A stretch of 64,000 nt of DNA from Laetmonice hystrix (Eukaryota): positions 18,352,001 to 18,416,000 of the forward strand of contig OZ249443.1 of the NCBI GenBank assembly GCA_965235115.1, given 5' to 3'. Position 1 is the first letter of the stretch. The number at the start of each line of letters is the position of its first letter. The notes beneath the pieces are model-generated. The model had not been told where the DNA came from, did not search any database, and saw nothing but the letters and a program-made list of their open reading frames with translations. The translations under genes and the position numbers were made by a program. Below, one piece after another: positions 23,181 to 36,569 of the stretch.

Positions 23181-25729
23181 GCAGAGTAAAGTAGGACTGA
23201 TGTTGGACTGAGATATTTTTTCCACCAGTTAAGCTGTCTCCCGTACGAGTACTGGAGGAAGAAATAGCCGCAGATGGTTGCGGATCCTGAATGAAAACCC
23301 GAGTTAATTAGAGTTTCCGGTGACATCCTGCCACGAACCATCTCGGAGGTCTCATCAGGGATGACCTGGGAAACTTTTGTTTTGGACCCCTCACTTGATT
23401 GCCAGGATGTCGAATGTTTTGTGTAGCGGACACTGGTGATTGCTGAAGGTCCATGAGATGGATCGCGAGACTTGTTGGCCGTAATTCTGAGTGGCTCGCC
23501 TTCACTACTGATTGGGAGAGGGATAGCGAGTAAATGATATATTCCGTCTCAATGAATTACCCGCACCTACTCCCGCACCCACCCACCCTTCTCAAGGCCC
23601 ACTCGCCAACCCCACACACACCGGTGGAACTTAAGTAGAGTCATTAAAAACGACACGTAATTACACACACAATGCTCAAACTTTTTCAGACTAATAATAG
23701 CCATGGTTTTACAGCTGCGACTTTATGAAGTACTCCCCCCCCCCACCCCACCACCACCAGCACCACCACCGCCGTAGTCTCACGTCCTCATTTGCTGAGA
23801 CATTGAACACCCCAGAATGGTGCAGCACAATTGACGTGATTAAGAAGACATTTTCGTAATGCCTGTTCCTTCCACCCACCCTCTAAAAGAGTTTCTTAAG
23901 CCGTTCCGGGCCAATTGTATCGAGGGGTCAGTCCAAGATGCTGGAAGGGTAGGGGTGGGGGGAGGAGATATTGACGACTGACTGGATGAATGCCTTTGGT
24001 GATTGGAGTCAAAGTTTTCCTCTGCTGCTTTAGCTGCCAGTGCGTGTTCATTTCAAAGATAAAGATCTATAGAAAGTTGAATCTCTGATAAGCAGACGTG
24101 TCGGATAATTGACGCTGCATCAGTCTGCCTTCGTCCTACCATCTCACTGTCCCAACTAGAACCTCACTGTAATCCACCGATAACGCTGTTTAAGTACGTA
24201 ATGTCTTTTTAAATCAGTCTATTATGAAATCACAGTGAAAGTTCTCAAGTGTTTTTAGATAAAATTGTAGACGTCCATATTGTCAGTAGTTTTTTTTTTG
24301 GTTTGGTGAGTATGGCTTGTTTAAGGTTGGTAAGACGTGTGCAGGGGAATCTGCCTAATGTACAGCTAAAGACCTTTTGGTTTATGTATACATATCAGAT
24401 AACCTTTGGGTTTGATCAGGTTATTTGCATGACATTGTTGTTGTTGTTTTTATTTTTGTTATTTATGTGACACGAAGTACCAAATAGCCTCCCTGCAATT
24501 CTTACAGCCGATGGGAAAACTTTCCTCCCCTGCAGACTTTCAAATCTTTGCGCTGTGCCACTCGGATCACAGCTTGACCCACCAAAGAACCCGACTCTCG
24601 CAATGTCAGAGGGACCCATTCCTTGACTGAATGGAATCGTGGTGGCCACAGTAATGACATATCTTTGTCCACATCAGGCATGCCGATTTTTCAGACTGAA
24701 ACGTTCCTGTTAACATTCAGGACACCCGATCAGTTGACAGTGAGGTGTTTTCCCTTAGATAAGCACAGCCCACGTGTACAGCGCGCTGGCATACAGAGTA
24801 GGTCATCAGTATTTTAAACGTCGACAGATAAAGTGGTCCGCATATGCCTGGGAACTGGGTGGATCAATGGATATCTTTATGAGAAAAACACCTCGAGTTG
24901 CGCCACAGATCAGTTACCAGAGGTGGTTCAAGTCGGGCGCATACTTTATAGGGTGAAGAGCTGGGTGTGCAGAAAGAGAAATGTTGTGTTTGAAGTCGGC
25001 TGTATAGGTCTACGAGCCGACACGAAGCGAACTTTATTGTCATAATTCCGTTTGTCGGTCTGTCCCTGTTCGCGGCGACATTTTTTCAGCTGGTAGTGCA
25101 GAAAGAAAAGTCTTGTTGGTCAAGCCGTCTGTATGCTGATACAGCTTGACCTTTATTGCCATAGTTCCGTTGGAGCGCAACATGTTGCCTGCCCACCCTT
25201 TGTCGTGGGGACATTATTCAGTCACCCTGGAGTCGAACCGTTGTACACCTGATGCCTGGGATCTCTTGAAACTAACCAATCATAGCGTCAAATGGCAGGA
25301 AAGTGACCTACATTGTAAACTTTACTTCTACTTTACTTTGATTTAGCAAGGTTTGTCGGGAGTTCAACAGGGAAAACTGGCAAATCAGGACCTCCTGGAC
25401 CTTCCCTCATAGATCCGCCCCCTGGGGAGAAATAGAACAATCCTTGCCTATAAAAGTCGCTGCTAATTCCTTGGAATAGGTCAGGGAACCAATAACATCA
25501 TTGTTATTGTCATGAGTCCAGTATTTCCTGCAGTGTACTTAGGAAGGAAGAGAACCATAATAAGGTTATGAAGTAATGAAGTGGGGTTAGAGCAATAGAG
25601 CAGGGTTCACGCCAGATCTCCTATGGTAACATAGTGGGGTCGGTTGTTTAGGATGTGTCAGTGGAAGCAGCCGGTCGTTGTTTATTACTTGACGTAATTG
25701 GAAGGCATACCACGGGCAGAACGTATCAG

Positions 25730-25892
25730 AGCGGGCCCTACCGGACTTTATCAATCACGTCAGCCGACGCGTCCTCGTAGAGGGCGCTGTCATCGTCGGA
25801 AGTTAACCCAGAAACATCGCGCATGCGCGGGGAGCTGCGCGCCCATGTCCTGATGGCGATAACTCACATGGGAATGTGGGCCGCGACGTGCC
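25730..25892. promoter_or_regulatory. CpG-dense promoter/enhancer-like patch with an NRF1-type palindrome
   Basis: About 20 CpG in about 165 bp (hand count). Contains CGCGCATGCGCG at 25818-25829, TCGGAAGT (ETS-like) and CACGTCA (CRE half-site). Confidence 0.35.
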
Positions 25893-26268
25893 ACCAGCTC
25901 CTACAGATCTTATCAACTGGGATCCCGGTCTGATCAACTCAAAAACTGTCGCCGGATGGTATCAAGTGACAGACTCATTGTTATCCTGCCTAGGTATCAA
26001 CATTTTTCACGCGTAATTCTCTCCGAGAAGAATCTCCAGTTTGCTTGCGATAGTTAGTAGAAATCTGAGTGAGTTTATTGTTGGCAAGTAAAAGTGGAGG
26101 TTTGGAAAGTGATGGTCGTCAGGGTGATGCAGAGAGGACGTAGTAATGCAATCAACAGAAGGAGGCAGAAACATGTGATTAACTTCAGTTTGTTTAACGT
26201 ACCTACTTTGTTCCTTAATTAATTACCGCTCCATTAGTTACTCTGTGAGACGGTAATGATTTTAGATC

Positions 26269-26367
26269 CAGTAAGGTTGGTGATTAGAAACATCAGTCAG
26301 TATATGACACCTCATACAGTAAGGTTGGTGATGAGAAACATCAGTCAGTATATGACACCTCATACAG
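26269..26367. repeat. 48-bp tandem duplication
   Basis: CAGTAAGGTTGGTGAT(T/G)AGAAACATCAGTCAGTATATGACACCTCATA at 26269 and 26317. Confidence 0.95.
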
Positions 26368-27733
26368 AATGTCCTGCTGGTTTCACAAACCGCTTTCACT
26401 CGCAGACTTAAAGAAGTGTTGGGAGCATTCCCTTTCCGAAGATTACAGGAATTATTCCCTCAGATGGAAAAGAGTACTTCGTATTGACAACCATGCAGAC
26501 GAACTTGCCTTTTCTGCGTAATAACTTTCAAAATCCAGGTCAAAGTCACACATATTTTAAAAGGAGCCAGATATTGAATGCGCTGACCTAGAGAAAGTTA
26601 TATTTCAAGTGGAGAATGTTATGTACGAGGTTTCTGTCTGTCGTCTTCAGGTTCGATCAATGATGCTCAGTTTGAGTGGTCCATCCTTGACTCTAGATTT
26701 ACACCAACTGTAATCTGTCGCTGTGTTTTGACAGTCTAATCTTGAATAATGTTTTGGTTTTGACAGTGACACAGATAGAGAATGGAGGCTGTTATTCAGC
26801 CATAGTATATCGCTTTACGTTTTAGACATAAAATGAAATGCTCCATTTGTCCGGAGATTGATGAGAGTGTTAGTATCTTAGACATTTAACATGGTCTATA
26901 AGAAACACTGCTCAGAAAGGGGTTTGTGTTAAAAAGGGCTCCTTGAATAAAGCAGAAATAGACCTCTTACAGTCATCAATGGGATCTATGAAAGCTTGGC
27001 TTGTAAGAGCATCACATCACCAACGAGTCTCAAAGAATAACAAAGACTTTGAGTCAGGGCCAGGGATAAGGGTAGGGATGGGTTTTCTCTCGAGGGAGGT
27101 CGGATAGGTGAGATCTGCGATCACGGGCAAGAGGTTATTTATGAGGTTCAGGGTTAGCAGGAGACATAAATTGTGCTGGTTTACATTGAAAAACGACTTG
27201 CGTTGAATGTATTTACCAGGATAAATAATTTCTTTTTTAAATTGACTTCTCTTAAAAAAAAATCGTGGGGTACTACCATGGAGGTCTGTGAGCGACAACC
27301 GCCGAACTCCAACGATGTCAGAAACGGTCCTGTTGATGTCGTGTCGAGGACTTCCACAGACAGAAAAGATTATGAATAGTCACGCCATACTCGTCAAGAT
27401 CAAGGCCAGTTTGGTGTTAGACAAGTGGATTGTAAAGACAGGCCGTTGGTGGCGGTTAGGTTGAGCGGAGGTCCAGAGTTAACCGTGTCTCCATACATCA
27501 TGGTGCCGGAGTAGGACGCGGCGGTGACACGGTCCGGGTCATCCATCACAGGTTGACCTCAGATTTAAGGCACCTTGGAGTCCAACCGGTGGACGGAGCT
27601 CCTGACAGACCGCCCAAGAAAAACTATGATGTATCAGTGTTTCTGCCTGAGCTGGCACTGCTAGGTCTCTCGATACCGACGTGACGGAGGGACGTCAGGA
27701 AACAGATCAGATGCTAACTTTGTCTTTCTACAG

Positions 27734-27791
27734 TTTCACAGCCATCCCGGGTTTGCAACCCTCAGACGTTATATTGACTCTGCTAGCAGAA
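27734..27791 (+). CDS. Candidate small exon (FHSHPGFATLRRYIDSASR)
   Basis: Strong acceptor GCTAAC-TTTGTCTTTCTACAG, but only a weak donor (GAA/GTAGGA). No homology recognised. Confidence 0.2.
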
Positions 27792-30371
27792 GTAGGAGTC
27801 AGTGACTGCTCCATTGACCTGCCAATGTCCAGTCATTCTTCATGCTTCACCGACAGGGACCTGGTAGAGCTACAGTATCTCCTTCCGTCCTGAGAATATA
27901 ACTTAGGTGGTCCTGTGGAGTGGAGTGACCTGGCACATGCACCCAGACGAATTCTGGGCATATTCAGTGTTTAGCTGAGGTTAAATAATGGCTGCGTTAG
28001 GAATTTACCATATTTAAATGATCCTTTATGAAAACATCAGCCCTCTTTGCATGATACTGATCTAAAGTTCTCAATAATTTTTTTCTCTCTCAAAATGCAG
28101 CCACAAGATGATAGTTGGATAGCACGGGGATGACAAGAGAAAACTGATTGGAGTGGTTAAAGGTGATTAATATGGTATCACATAAATCTCAATAAAAGGA
28201 GCACTATAGATTCGTTATCTCTTCACGGATCATGTATTCAACAAATCTAATAAAGATAAAAGTGCTTTGATGACAAGAAAATACCGGTTTATCATAAAAG
28301 AACCTTCGCCGATCCCCCTTCTTTTATTGATTTCCGGGGGTTTTTTTGGGTGTTGCCTCTTCCTTAAATCATTGCCATAAACCCAGCTTTTGTCTTTGTG
28401 GCCCTACTTAATTCTGACAATGATGTGTACCCACGATCATTGGTTCCCCGGCCCAAGGAGCTAATTGGACCCACAATGTACTTTGGAGGACTCAATGCCT
28501 TGTTAATACCATCCGTGTAAGACATCGTAGAAGCAGTTCAGCGCTCTATGTGTTTGTAATGTCTGCATAATCTGAGCAATCAGCATAAACCTGTCGTAGG
28601 CGGAAGTCTTTATGGGCTATTATGACCACTAATGGACCAAAACAGACGAGGCTGACTCTGAAATCACCAGCTCAAGTAGCGCTAGGAATGGTTTACCTAG
28701 GTTAACCTTGTGATGGTGTTCTGAAGGGGGGGGGGCACTGTTTGATATACGATACTCTTCATAACCACGTGAAAACCTGCGGAAAGTCATTGTATCATGT
28801 TCACCTCTTGCAGGAGGATTGTAATCAACCACAGGGACGTGCGCCCTCATCTGGTTCTTAGTGAAAAAAAGGTATCAAAATGATGGATCGTTAAGGATAA
28901 CCACCAGAAGAATTGTTCGCCATGCTATTCCACAAGTTTTAATATAGAGTTTCTCATGTATTCAGAAAGAGCGGTTCATTAATTGCCTTAAAAACCTCGC
29001 CACCATCTCCGATCGACTAGACTGATACAAGCGGTTCTGAGACGCATCCTCGGTGTAAGGATGCTCGGCTGTCTTTGGTTCTCCGTGGATGGCTGGACGC
29101 TTGCTATCAAGTAGAATTATCTGTTATTTTATCAACTCGGATGATTGCGTTTTATTATAGCTTCATGATAATCTCTTGAGAGGTTTCTGCAGGATGATCG
29201 ATGGCATGTTGGTGTAGAGAATGTACTCTAGGGATGGCTCGTTAACACTTTCATCTGTTTGTTTATGGTTGTTAAGTGGGTATAACCCCCCACTCCACCC
29301 CCAATAAACAGATCCCAGAGCTTCAGGGACCATTTTATTTATGTTGGCGGTCCCCACAATTCTCTTACCGTGGGGGAATTCTGCAGCTGTGGAGGAATTG
29401 TTTCATTGCTGGCGACGGTTTTCAATCCCCTAGTCGTGCCTTATATGGGGAAATGTTTACTTGCTTCAGGTCGGTATATTTGCCTGGTTACTCTGGTTTC
29501 CTCCACCAGTTACAATGTGGTCACCAATCATTGTGGTTATAGACGTGTCCCTGTGACCCCCTCCAGCCCCTTCACCCCCAGATCCTACCCTTCCCTCCAC
29601 ATACACACCGTGACCCTGGAACCAGGAGGTCGTACCCGCCTATCTTACCTCGCTCACTGAGTGACCCAACCCGAGAGTCTGGCTATAATGGAGTAGTTGA
29701 TCTCCAGGCTCTCCGAACCCCACCTTAACTCAGCACACCTCCCGTTCTGACCCTCCCTACCACCCCTTCTACCTCAACGTCCATTATGACCATTTCAGTC
29801 CATCAGCAAATCTGTCATTCCAACAAAATCTCGGTGACGAAAATCTTGGTCAACAATCAATGCATAATAGTAGTTTCTAACAATCAATGATTTTCTACCA
29901 GGGTCAGTATTTGTCAGTCGTACTCCAACTCTTTCAACACTGAGGGAGTAGAAATGGTGATCAGGAAATGCTCTCTACGGTCAGGTGATAACCTTTTGAA
30001 CTTCATTCATGTCAGGGAGAAGGGTGAACTGGGGTTCATATCTTATCTTGAGGTTCATTGAAGGAGTAGAAGAATCAGGGTACGACTCTGGAGACGCTGG
30101 TTGCCAAGGGAACCGCCAGGGGGACGTTTCTACTGATTCAGATTCGAACAGGAAGTGCGTTAGTGAAATCTTTTCAGTGGTTTGCTCCAAAAGAAAACCT
30201 ATAGGTATAGGGATTTTTGTGCGTGGCTAAAGGTTATCTGCGAGGCTGGCTGTAAATGGGATTTGTTTAGGACCAAGACTGGATCTGAGGAGAGATGGAT
30301 GTGTTGGGCACGACTGTCGGTTTTAGTTCCGGAGTTTCTGAGATGTATGCTAGTTCAGTGTCGGCATTGTT

Positions 30372-31076
30372 GGTCTCACAGTGTCCAGTTCCAGAGTTTT
30401 CTGAGAGGTCTCACAGTGTTCAGTTCCAGAGTTTTCTGAGAGGTCTCACAGTATCCAGTTCCAGAGTTTTCTGAGAGGTCTCACAGTGTCCGGTTCCAGA
30501 GTTTTCTGAGAGGTCTCACAGTGTCCAGTTCCAGAGTTTTCTGAGAGGTCTCACAGTGTCCAGTTCCAGAGTTTTCTGAGAGGTCTCACAGTGTCCAGTT
30601 CAAGTTTTCTGAGAGGTCTCACAGTATCCAGTTCCAGAGTTTTCTGAGAGGTCTCACAGTGTCCAGTTCCAGAGTTTTCTGAGAGGTCTCACAGTGTCCA
30701 GTTCCAGAGTTTTCTGAGAGGTCTCACAGTGTCCAGTTCCAGAGTTTTCTGAGAGGTCTCACAGTGTCCAGTTCCAGAGTTTTCTGAGAGGTCTCACAGT
30801 GTCCAGTTCCAGAGTTTTATGAGAGGTCTCACAGTGTTCAGTTCCAGAGTTTTCTGAGAGGTCTCACAGTGTCCAGTTCCAGAGTTTTCTGAGAGGTCTC
30901 ACAGTGTCCAGTTCCAGAGTTTTCTGAGAGGTCTCACAGTGTCCAGTTCCAGAGTTTTCTGAGAGGTCTCACAGTGTCCAGTTCCAGAGTTTTCTGAGAG
31001 GTCTCACAGTGTCCAGTTCCGGAGTTTTCTGAGAGGTCTCACAGTGTCCAGTTCCAGAGTTTTCTGAGAGGTCTCA
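30372..31076. repeat. Minisatellite, 35-bp unit x20
   Basis: Unit GGTCTCACAGTGTCCAGTTCCAGAGTTTTCTGAGA, near-perfect copies. Confidence 0.98.
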
Positions 31077-32161
31077 TGCTTAGCCAGTACGATAAGGAAG
31101 CCACTACCGTTTCCACCCCCACTCTGAGATTACGTTACTCGGCCGGTGGATGCTCTCTTTCAGACCGGTCTTCCATTTGGCCGCCATTACCGGAGGCTAA
31201 TGACAACCAGAAGACGGGAGCCCAAGTAGCCAGGCCCCAGCCCGCTTCAGTCGGCGGGACTCATCTGGCCTCCCCTTCTGGAGGAAATTATGAAGCATTG
31301 TATTGCGATGGTGCGGCAGTCGAGATACTGAATGGCTTATTAATACACTCCAGCATATTCCATCTTTATTCCCGAGCTGCGGCTTCCTCAGAGACTTATC
31401 CGAATGGAATTGAATTCCCACGAAATTAGGTTGCCTTCAGGAAGACCCTGTTCTCGTCGGATCGGCAGAATTGTTGCCAAGATGGCAAAGGAGATGGGGT
31501 AGGCGGGTATATGAGGGTGAGGTGTCTCTCAGATGGTAGAGTAAGTACTAGTAGAAAGAAGAAATTGATTTCTTAGCATTTACGACCGAAAAACTAGGAA
31601 TAAAAGCTAAAGCCGTTTAGTATTGTTAGATTTAAATCTTCAACGGCTATTGTCAATAATAGCGGAGGTGTCAGGTTTCATAATGTATATCTACAATGTT
31701 GTTTAATAAAGCACCAATATTATCACACCAAGTTAGGCTCGATCTAGGGGGTGTCTCTATGAGATATGATCTCAAGGCTCCGGGGTCTACTAATGAGACT
31801 GTCTGTATGCCGCTCAAAACCATCGCCTGCAAACATCACAATATTCAGTATTAATATATTTGTATACTGCCTGCATTAATTCAATAACAATGAGATTATA
31901 TCTACTGAAAAATGCTTTGGCTACATTTGGATTGACCTGTTAATATACATTGTACTAAGAGTAACTGGCGCTTGAATTTCTCACAAACTTAAGTATATTG
32001 TTTATTTTGTGAGATTTGCCTGGAAGAGAACATTAGGCTACATCTGTTCAAAAGTAATACCGATGTATTCGTATCACTATATTCCCACATTGTGTGAAAC
32101 ACGTGGTAGTAAACTGATGTCTAGAGAAAAGTTGAGTTGTTGGTGAATGATTTCACCCCAA

Positions 32162-32547
32162 ACCGGCCCACCCACCACGGCCCGACCCACCGACCTGTAA
32201 CACCGGCCCACCCACCACGGCCCGACCCACCGACCTGTAACACCGGCCCACCCACCACGGCCCGACCCACCGACCTGTAACACCGGCCCACCCACCACGG
32301 CCCGACCCACCGACCTGTAACACCGGCCGACCCACCACGGCCAGACCCACCGACCTGTAACACCGGCCCACCCACCACAGCCCGACCCACCGACCTGTAA
32401 CACCGGCCCACCCACCACGGCCCGACCCACCGACCTGTAACACCGGCCCACCCACCACGGCCCGACCCACCGACCTGTAACACCGGCCCACCCACCACAG
32501 CCCGACCCACCGACCTGTAACACCGGCCCGACCCCCCGACCTGTAAC
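32162..32547. repeat. C-rich minisatellite, 40-bp unit x~9.6
   Basis: Unit CACCGGCCCACCCACCACGGCCCGACCCACCGACCTGTAA. It explains the GGPVLQVGG-type ORFs in the ORF track. Confidence 0.98.
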
Positions 32548-33732
32548 ACTGGCGACACTGACGGCCACCAATCGTTTATGAAGCACGTGATTGGCCGGTT
32601 TTCCTATTGACCACCGGCCGCCGTTGTATCGGTGAAGGGAGGTAGTAATCGGGCAGGAAAGCCGCTCTAACACAGCTCTATAGGCGAGAGTCCTATCGAC
32701 GTCGGCGCCCAGGACCTATACCCACCCTCAGACGGTGGCTCCGAGTGGGGGCAGCAGTGAGATAACATCTCGACAAACACCCCATTCACCACTCACATCT
32801 CACAGAAATAGTTGGTGGCATTGGTTTCTTACCGAACAGAGACAAAGAGAAATCAGCAGAGACCCCCGGTCGATCGCCATCTTCAAATATGATTTACTCT
32901 TATCAATTCCTGTCTCTTTTATTGACCTCCATGTCCCGAGCCCGGGAAATGTCACAGCTAAGTCTCTGATTACTAGGAGTTACAGGCGAAGACCATTGAT
33001 TGAAAGTTGCCCCTGGGAGAGAAACGGCTTAATGCTTTGTCTTGCCATGCAAAGAAATATGTTCAAATAAGATTGAGTGAATGTTGCATTGAATCTCATT
33101 TCCTGAGTAGAGAGAAGGAATTTGTTGGCCTCTGCGAATAAAGTTGGATTAGGATGATTCCGGGGGGGGGGGGGGGGGTCCGGGGGCTGGATAGGGAGGT
33201 GTGGGCATGGATTGATTCGGTGTGTAGTTGTCATATGACCCCACGACCCAGCCCCAGCCCAGGTCAGTGCAGACGGCCCCCATCCACCCCCTACCCGTCA
33301 ACCACCACAGTCGGGTAACGATCTGAAGCCGGTAAACGCCAGGACCCCCTGTGGTTTTCCCACGCCCCCCTCCCCTCCGAGGCCCACGGAATCCACCCCC
33401 TCCCCAACCCATTTATGAAACCAGAAACCGGGTCTGATGCAATCATCATGCATCAAGGACAGCATGGAGGACAGGGACCGTGACAGACCATGCCCCCAGT
33501 CTAAGTGGACGTCAGCCCGGCGAAGAATTACACACCTTGGCCTCTGTTCGGGCCGCCGGCCGGCCTGCCTGTGACCACCACTGCCCATTTTGTTGGTGTA
33601 GGTCGGAGAAAGATCACAAAGCTTGCGTTCCGAGTCGTCCAGGGACGGACCATCTGACGCCGTCCTGGTGTGGGTTATTGGGAGCTCGGGGCGGGAATAG
33701 TGGAGCGGCGGCACGTGTCCCTGAGAGCTGAG

Positions 33733-34158
33733 GCTCCACCTCCTGCTGCTGCTACTTCACCTCCTCCACCTCCTGCTGCTACTCCACCTCCTCCTCCTGC
33801 TACTCCACCTCCTCCTGCTGCTCCACCTTCTCCACCTGCTACTCCACCTTCTCCACCTCCCTCTCCTGATACTCCACCTCCTCCACCTGCTACTCCACCT
33901 CCTCCACCTGCTACTCCACCTCCTGCTCCTGCTACTCCACCTCCTGCTACTCCACTTCCTGCTACTCCACTTCCTCCTGCTGCTCCACCTCCTCCACCTC
34001 CCTCTCCTGCTACTCCACCTCCTCCACTTCCTTCTGCTACTCCATCTCCTCCACCACCTCTTGCTACTCCACCTTCACCACTACCTCCTCCACCTCCTCC
34101 TACTCCACCTCCTCCACCTCCTTCTGCTGCTCCACCTCCTCCCCTCCCCTCCTCCCCC
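33733..34158. repeat. CCT/CCA/GCT/ACT trinucleotide-phased low-complexity tract (Pro-rich on +, Gly-rich on -)
   Basis: Stop-free on both strands (ORFs 33670-34254 + and 33675-34247 -). No splice signals found to support exon status. Confidence 0.9.
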
Positions 34159-35382
34159 GCCTGCCACAGCCAGGCAAACAGAAGCGGCACGTGTTGGAGC
34201 CATACTTCACACTGCCGTGTGGCGGGAAGTGCAAGGCACGCAGCCATTGGTTAATGGCCTTACCGTCGGAACCAGCGTGCGTGTTGCCGGGTGGTTTCCG
34301 CCTGTGATTTGTGTGAGTTGAGGGTTCGATAACTCTGCAGTATGACGGGCGGCGTCATGAAACCTGCAACGTTCATCTGATCAATCGGATACAGCCAATG
34401 TAACCATCGTGACATCCAGATTATAAAATAACAGCGCGTGTAACAATACAACGATCAGATTGGTCGCTTTAGTTGATAGCCCATACTTTGCCGCCAAGGA
34501 CCCGTGCTACGTTATTCAGCAGAGATGCATATGGATTTCACCATTCATCAGGAGGTAGTGGGAGGATAGAGGAAACTCGACCAGTCACAGGACGGGTGTT
34601 CTGGGTGTACACGTGGGATAGTCTGTCTATACAAGTCGTGTGTTGAGTCGGTAATCAACCTCCTGTGAATATACACGCCACTGCCAATTTCCTCCAGTCA
34701 CGTGGGTAACATTCACTCGGTGTCCACAGTGGATTGTGGCTGTCTGCACCAATCGGCAAACTCCAGGCGGCCGCCGGGGTTTTGTTCAGACTCGGTCATC
34801 GCCTGCTTGTTCTGGTTGTGACGGTGGGTGGCGTGGAGTGGTGGTTACTGATACCAGATACTGAGGGACTCCATGGTGTCACGGCCGCTGGAGGATGGCA
34901 GGGTCCCACGGCCGGGATGCTGACAGGAGTACGTAGGACGAGTGTGGATTGTGTGGACATCAGATGGTCGGATGGTGATACAATAGTGAAAACAGTGCTC
35001 GTATACACTGAGGGAGCGGTGAAACTGGGCGGTGCGTTGTGAACTTGTGTTCAGTCGGCGTCACTGTTGGGGAATACTTCACGCTATGTGACCACATCTA
35101 CTGCCGACGTCATACTTCTACAGTTGGGTACTTGCCGGAGTATTTTGTACCAATTCTGGGTGACCGTATCTATTTAAGGTGTTTTACAGCTTGCGAAGGA
35201 TTTTAAGTGACGATATGCAGGATTATGGGCGACAGAGTGAGGAAACTGATTGATTATTATGATTTGTGTGGACACTTAGGTCGACGTACTCTCGTAAAGT
35301 CTCATTACATAGGTTTCTACCGTCCTTTCCGCTGCTTCCTATGCCATGCAGATTCATTCACACAGTCAGAACTTGCTGTTGA

Positions 35383-35768
35383 AACTACCCGATGCTTGCA
35401 CCTCTTTCCATATACTACTATTGCAGAGTTACACTCCTAACTACCCGATGCTTGCACCTCTTTCCATATACTACTATTGCAGAGTTACACTTCTAACTAC
35501 CCGACGCTTGCACCTCTTTCCATATACTACTAGTGCAGAGTTCCACTCCTAACTACCCGATGCTTGCACCTCTTTCCATATACTACTATTGCAGAGGTAC
35601 ACTCCTAATTAACCGACGCTTGCACCTCTTTCCATATACTACTATTGCAGAGTTACACTCCTAACTACCCGACGCTTGCACCCCTTTCCATATACTACTA
35701 TTGCAGAGTGACACTCCTAACTACCCGATGCTTGCACCTCTTTCCCTATACTACTATTGCAGAGTCAC
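35383..35768. repeat. Minisatellite, 56-bp unit x~7
   Basis: Unit AACTACCCGATGCTTGCACCTCTTTCCATATACTACTATTGCAGAGTTACACTCCT. Confidence 0.97.
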
Positions 35769-36180
35769 AGTCCTTTCCTCTCATTTCCATAAACTACTAT
35801 GACCGCCGATATCATGCTCCTCAGGCCCATTTGATACACTACTTGGTTACGAAGTAACCTATGTTCAAACATTTCTCTTACTTATTTCTCATGCTATCTA
35901 CATTTTTACTGAGGACGAGGTCCTCCCGTTTTATGGCATAATCATAAACTACTTTCACTAAACTTCATCGCCTGGAGGTTCGCCACTTTTCTCTTTCCAA
36001 ATTCCGCGGCTGGTCCGGCCTCTTACATTTTACACTGATTTGAAATAGTTCAGCGAGAGAGAACTTTTCACTCACCTGTTGAACAGATTACATACCTGTC
36101 CTCCCCAGTGTAACAACGCCAATTGTGTAGATTTAAAAGGGTGAAAGTAACGACAGTAGAATACATGCCATCCCATACAA

Positions 36181-36569
36181 GGCATCCGGGGTGGCACAGT
36201 GGTTAGAGCGCGGGACCTTGAAAGGTTTTGAGTTAGCGCCGGCCGCGCCGGGCTTTCCTACATAGCAGTGCTGCCGACTGTTTTATCAAAGGCCGTCGGT
36301 GTCACAATACGTCTGTGTGGAGGGGCACGTTAAAGATCCCTTGGAATCTATCAATAAGAGTAGGGGTTCGCCCTGGTGCACGGGTTTCTACCTATCATAT
36401 CATCATCGCCGAACCGATTTCACCGACTGAGATAGTTACCTTGTTCTCGCCCTGATACAGCTGGAATGCTGCTGACTGGGCGTTAAACACCAACTACTCA
36501 CTCACTCACTCCCCGACTCACTCACTCACCCCCCCCCCCCCCCCCCCCCACTCAATCGCTCACTCACTC
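36181..36569 (+). mobile_element. tRNA-derived SINE with a conserved central (Deu/Nin- or Meta-type) domain and (ACTC)n tail
   Basis: Pol III A box TGGCACAGTGG at 36192-36202 and a degenerate B box. Central CACGTTAAAGATCCCTTGG...TAAGAGTAGGGG...CCCTGGTG (36326-36378). 3' GGCGTTAAACACCAA followed by ACTC repeats interrupted by C21. Confidence 0.8.

Noticed and set aside
25350-25412. VCREFNRENWQIRTSWTFPH (CCCH-like spacing) and GKTGKSGPPGPS (collagen-like) in different frames
   Set aside because: Two of the three Cys positions are Trp, the collagen reading needs a frameshift, and the segment abuts a MITE-like end (TAGATCCGCCCCCTG). Probably coincidence.
19794-25424. A 5.6-kb element between CAGGGTCGGATCC and GATCCGCCCCCTG
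   Set aside because: The flanks (TGTTATTA versus GGGAGAAA) give no TSD and there is no transposase between them; these are more likely two independent relics.
784-26709. Other splice-flanked open segments (784-880 -, 2357-2420 +, 9170-9261 -, 14525-14603 +, 26651-26709 +)
   Set aside because: Pseudo-exons of this quality are expected in 64 kb; there is no homology and the strands are inconsistent.
32077-32673. 198-, 145- and 112-aa ORFs
   Set aside because: They are products of the 40-bp repeat; the unit is not a multiple of 3, so the peptides cycle through frames.
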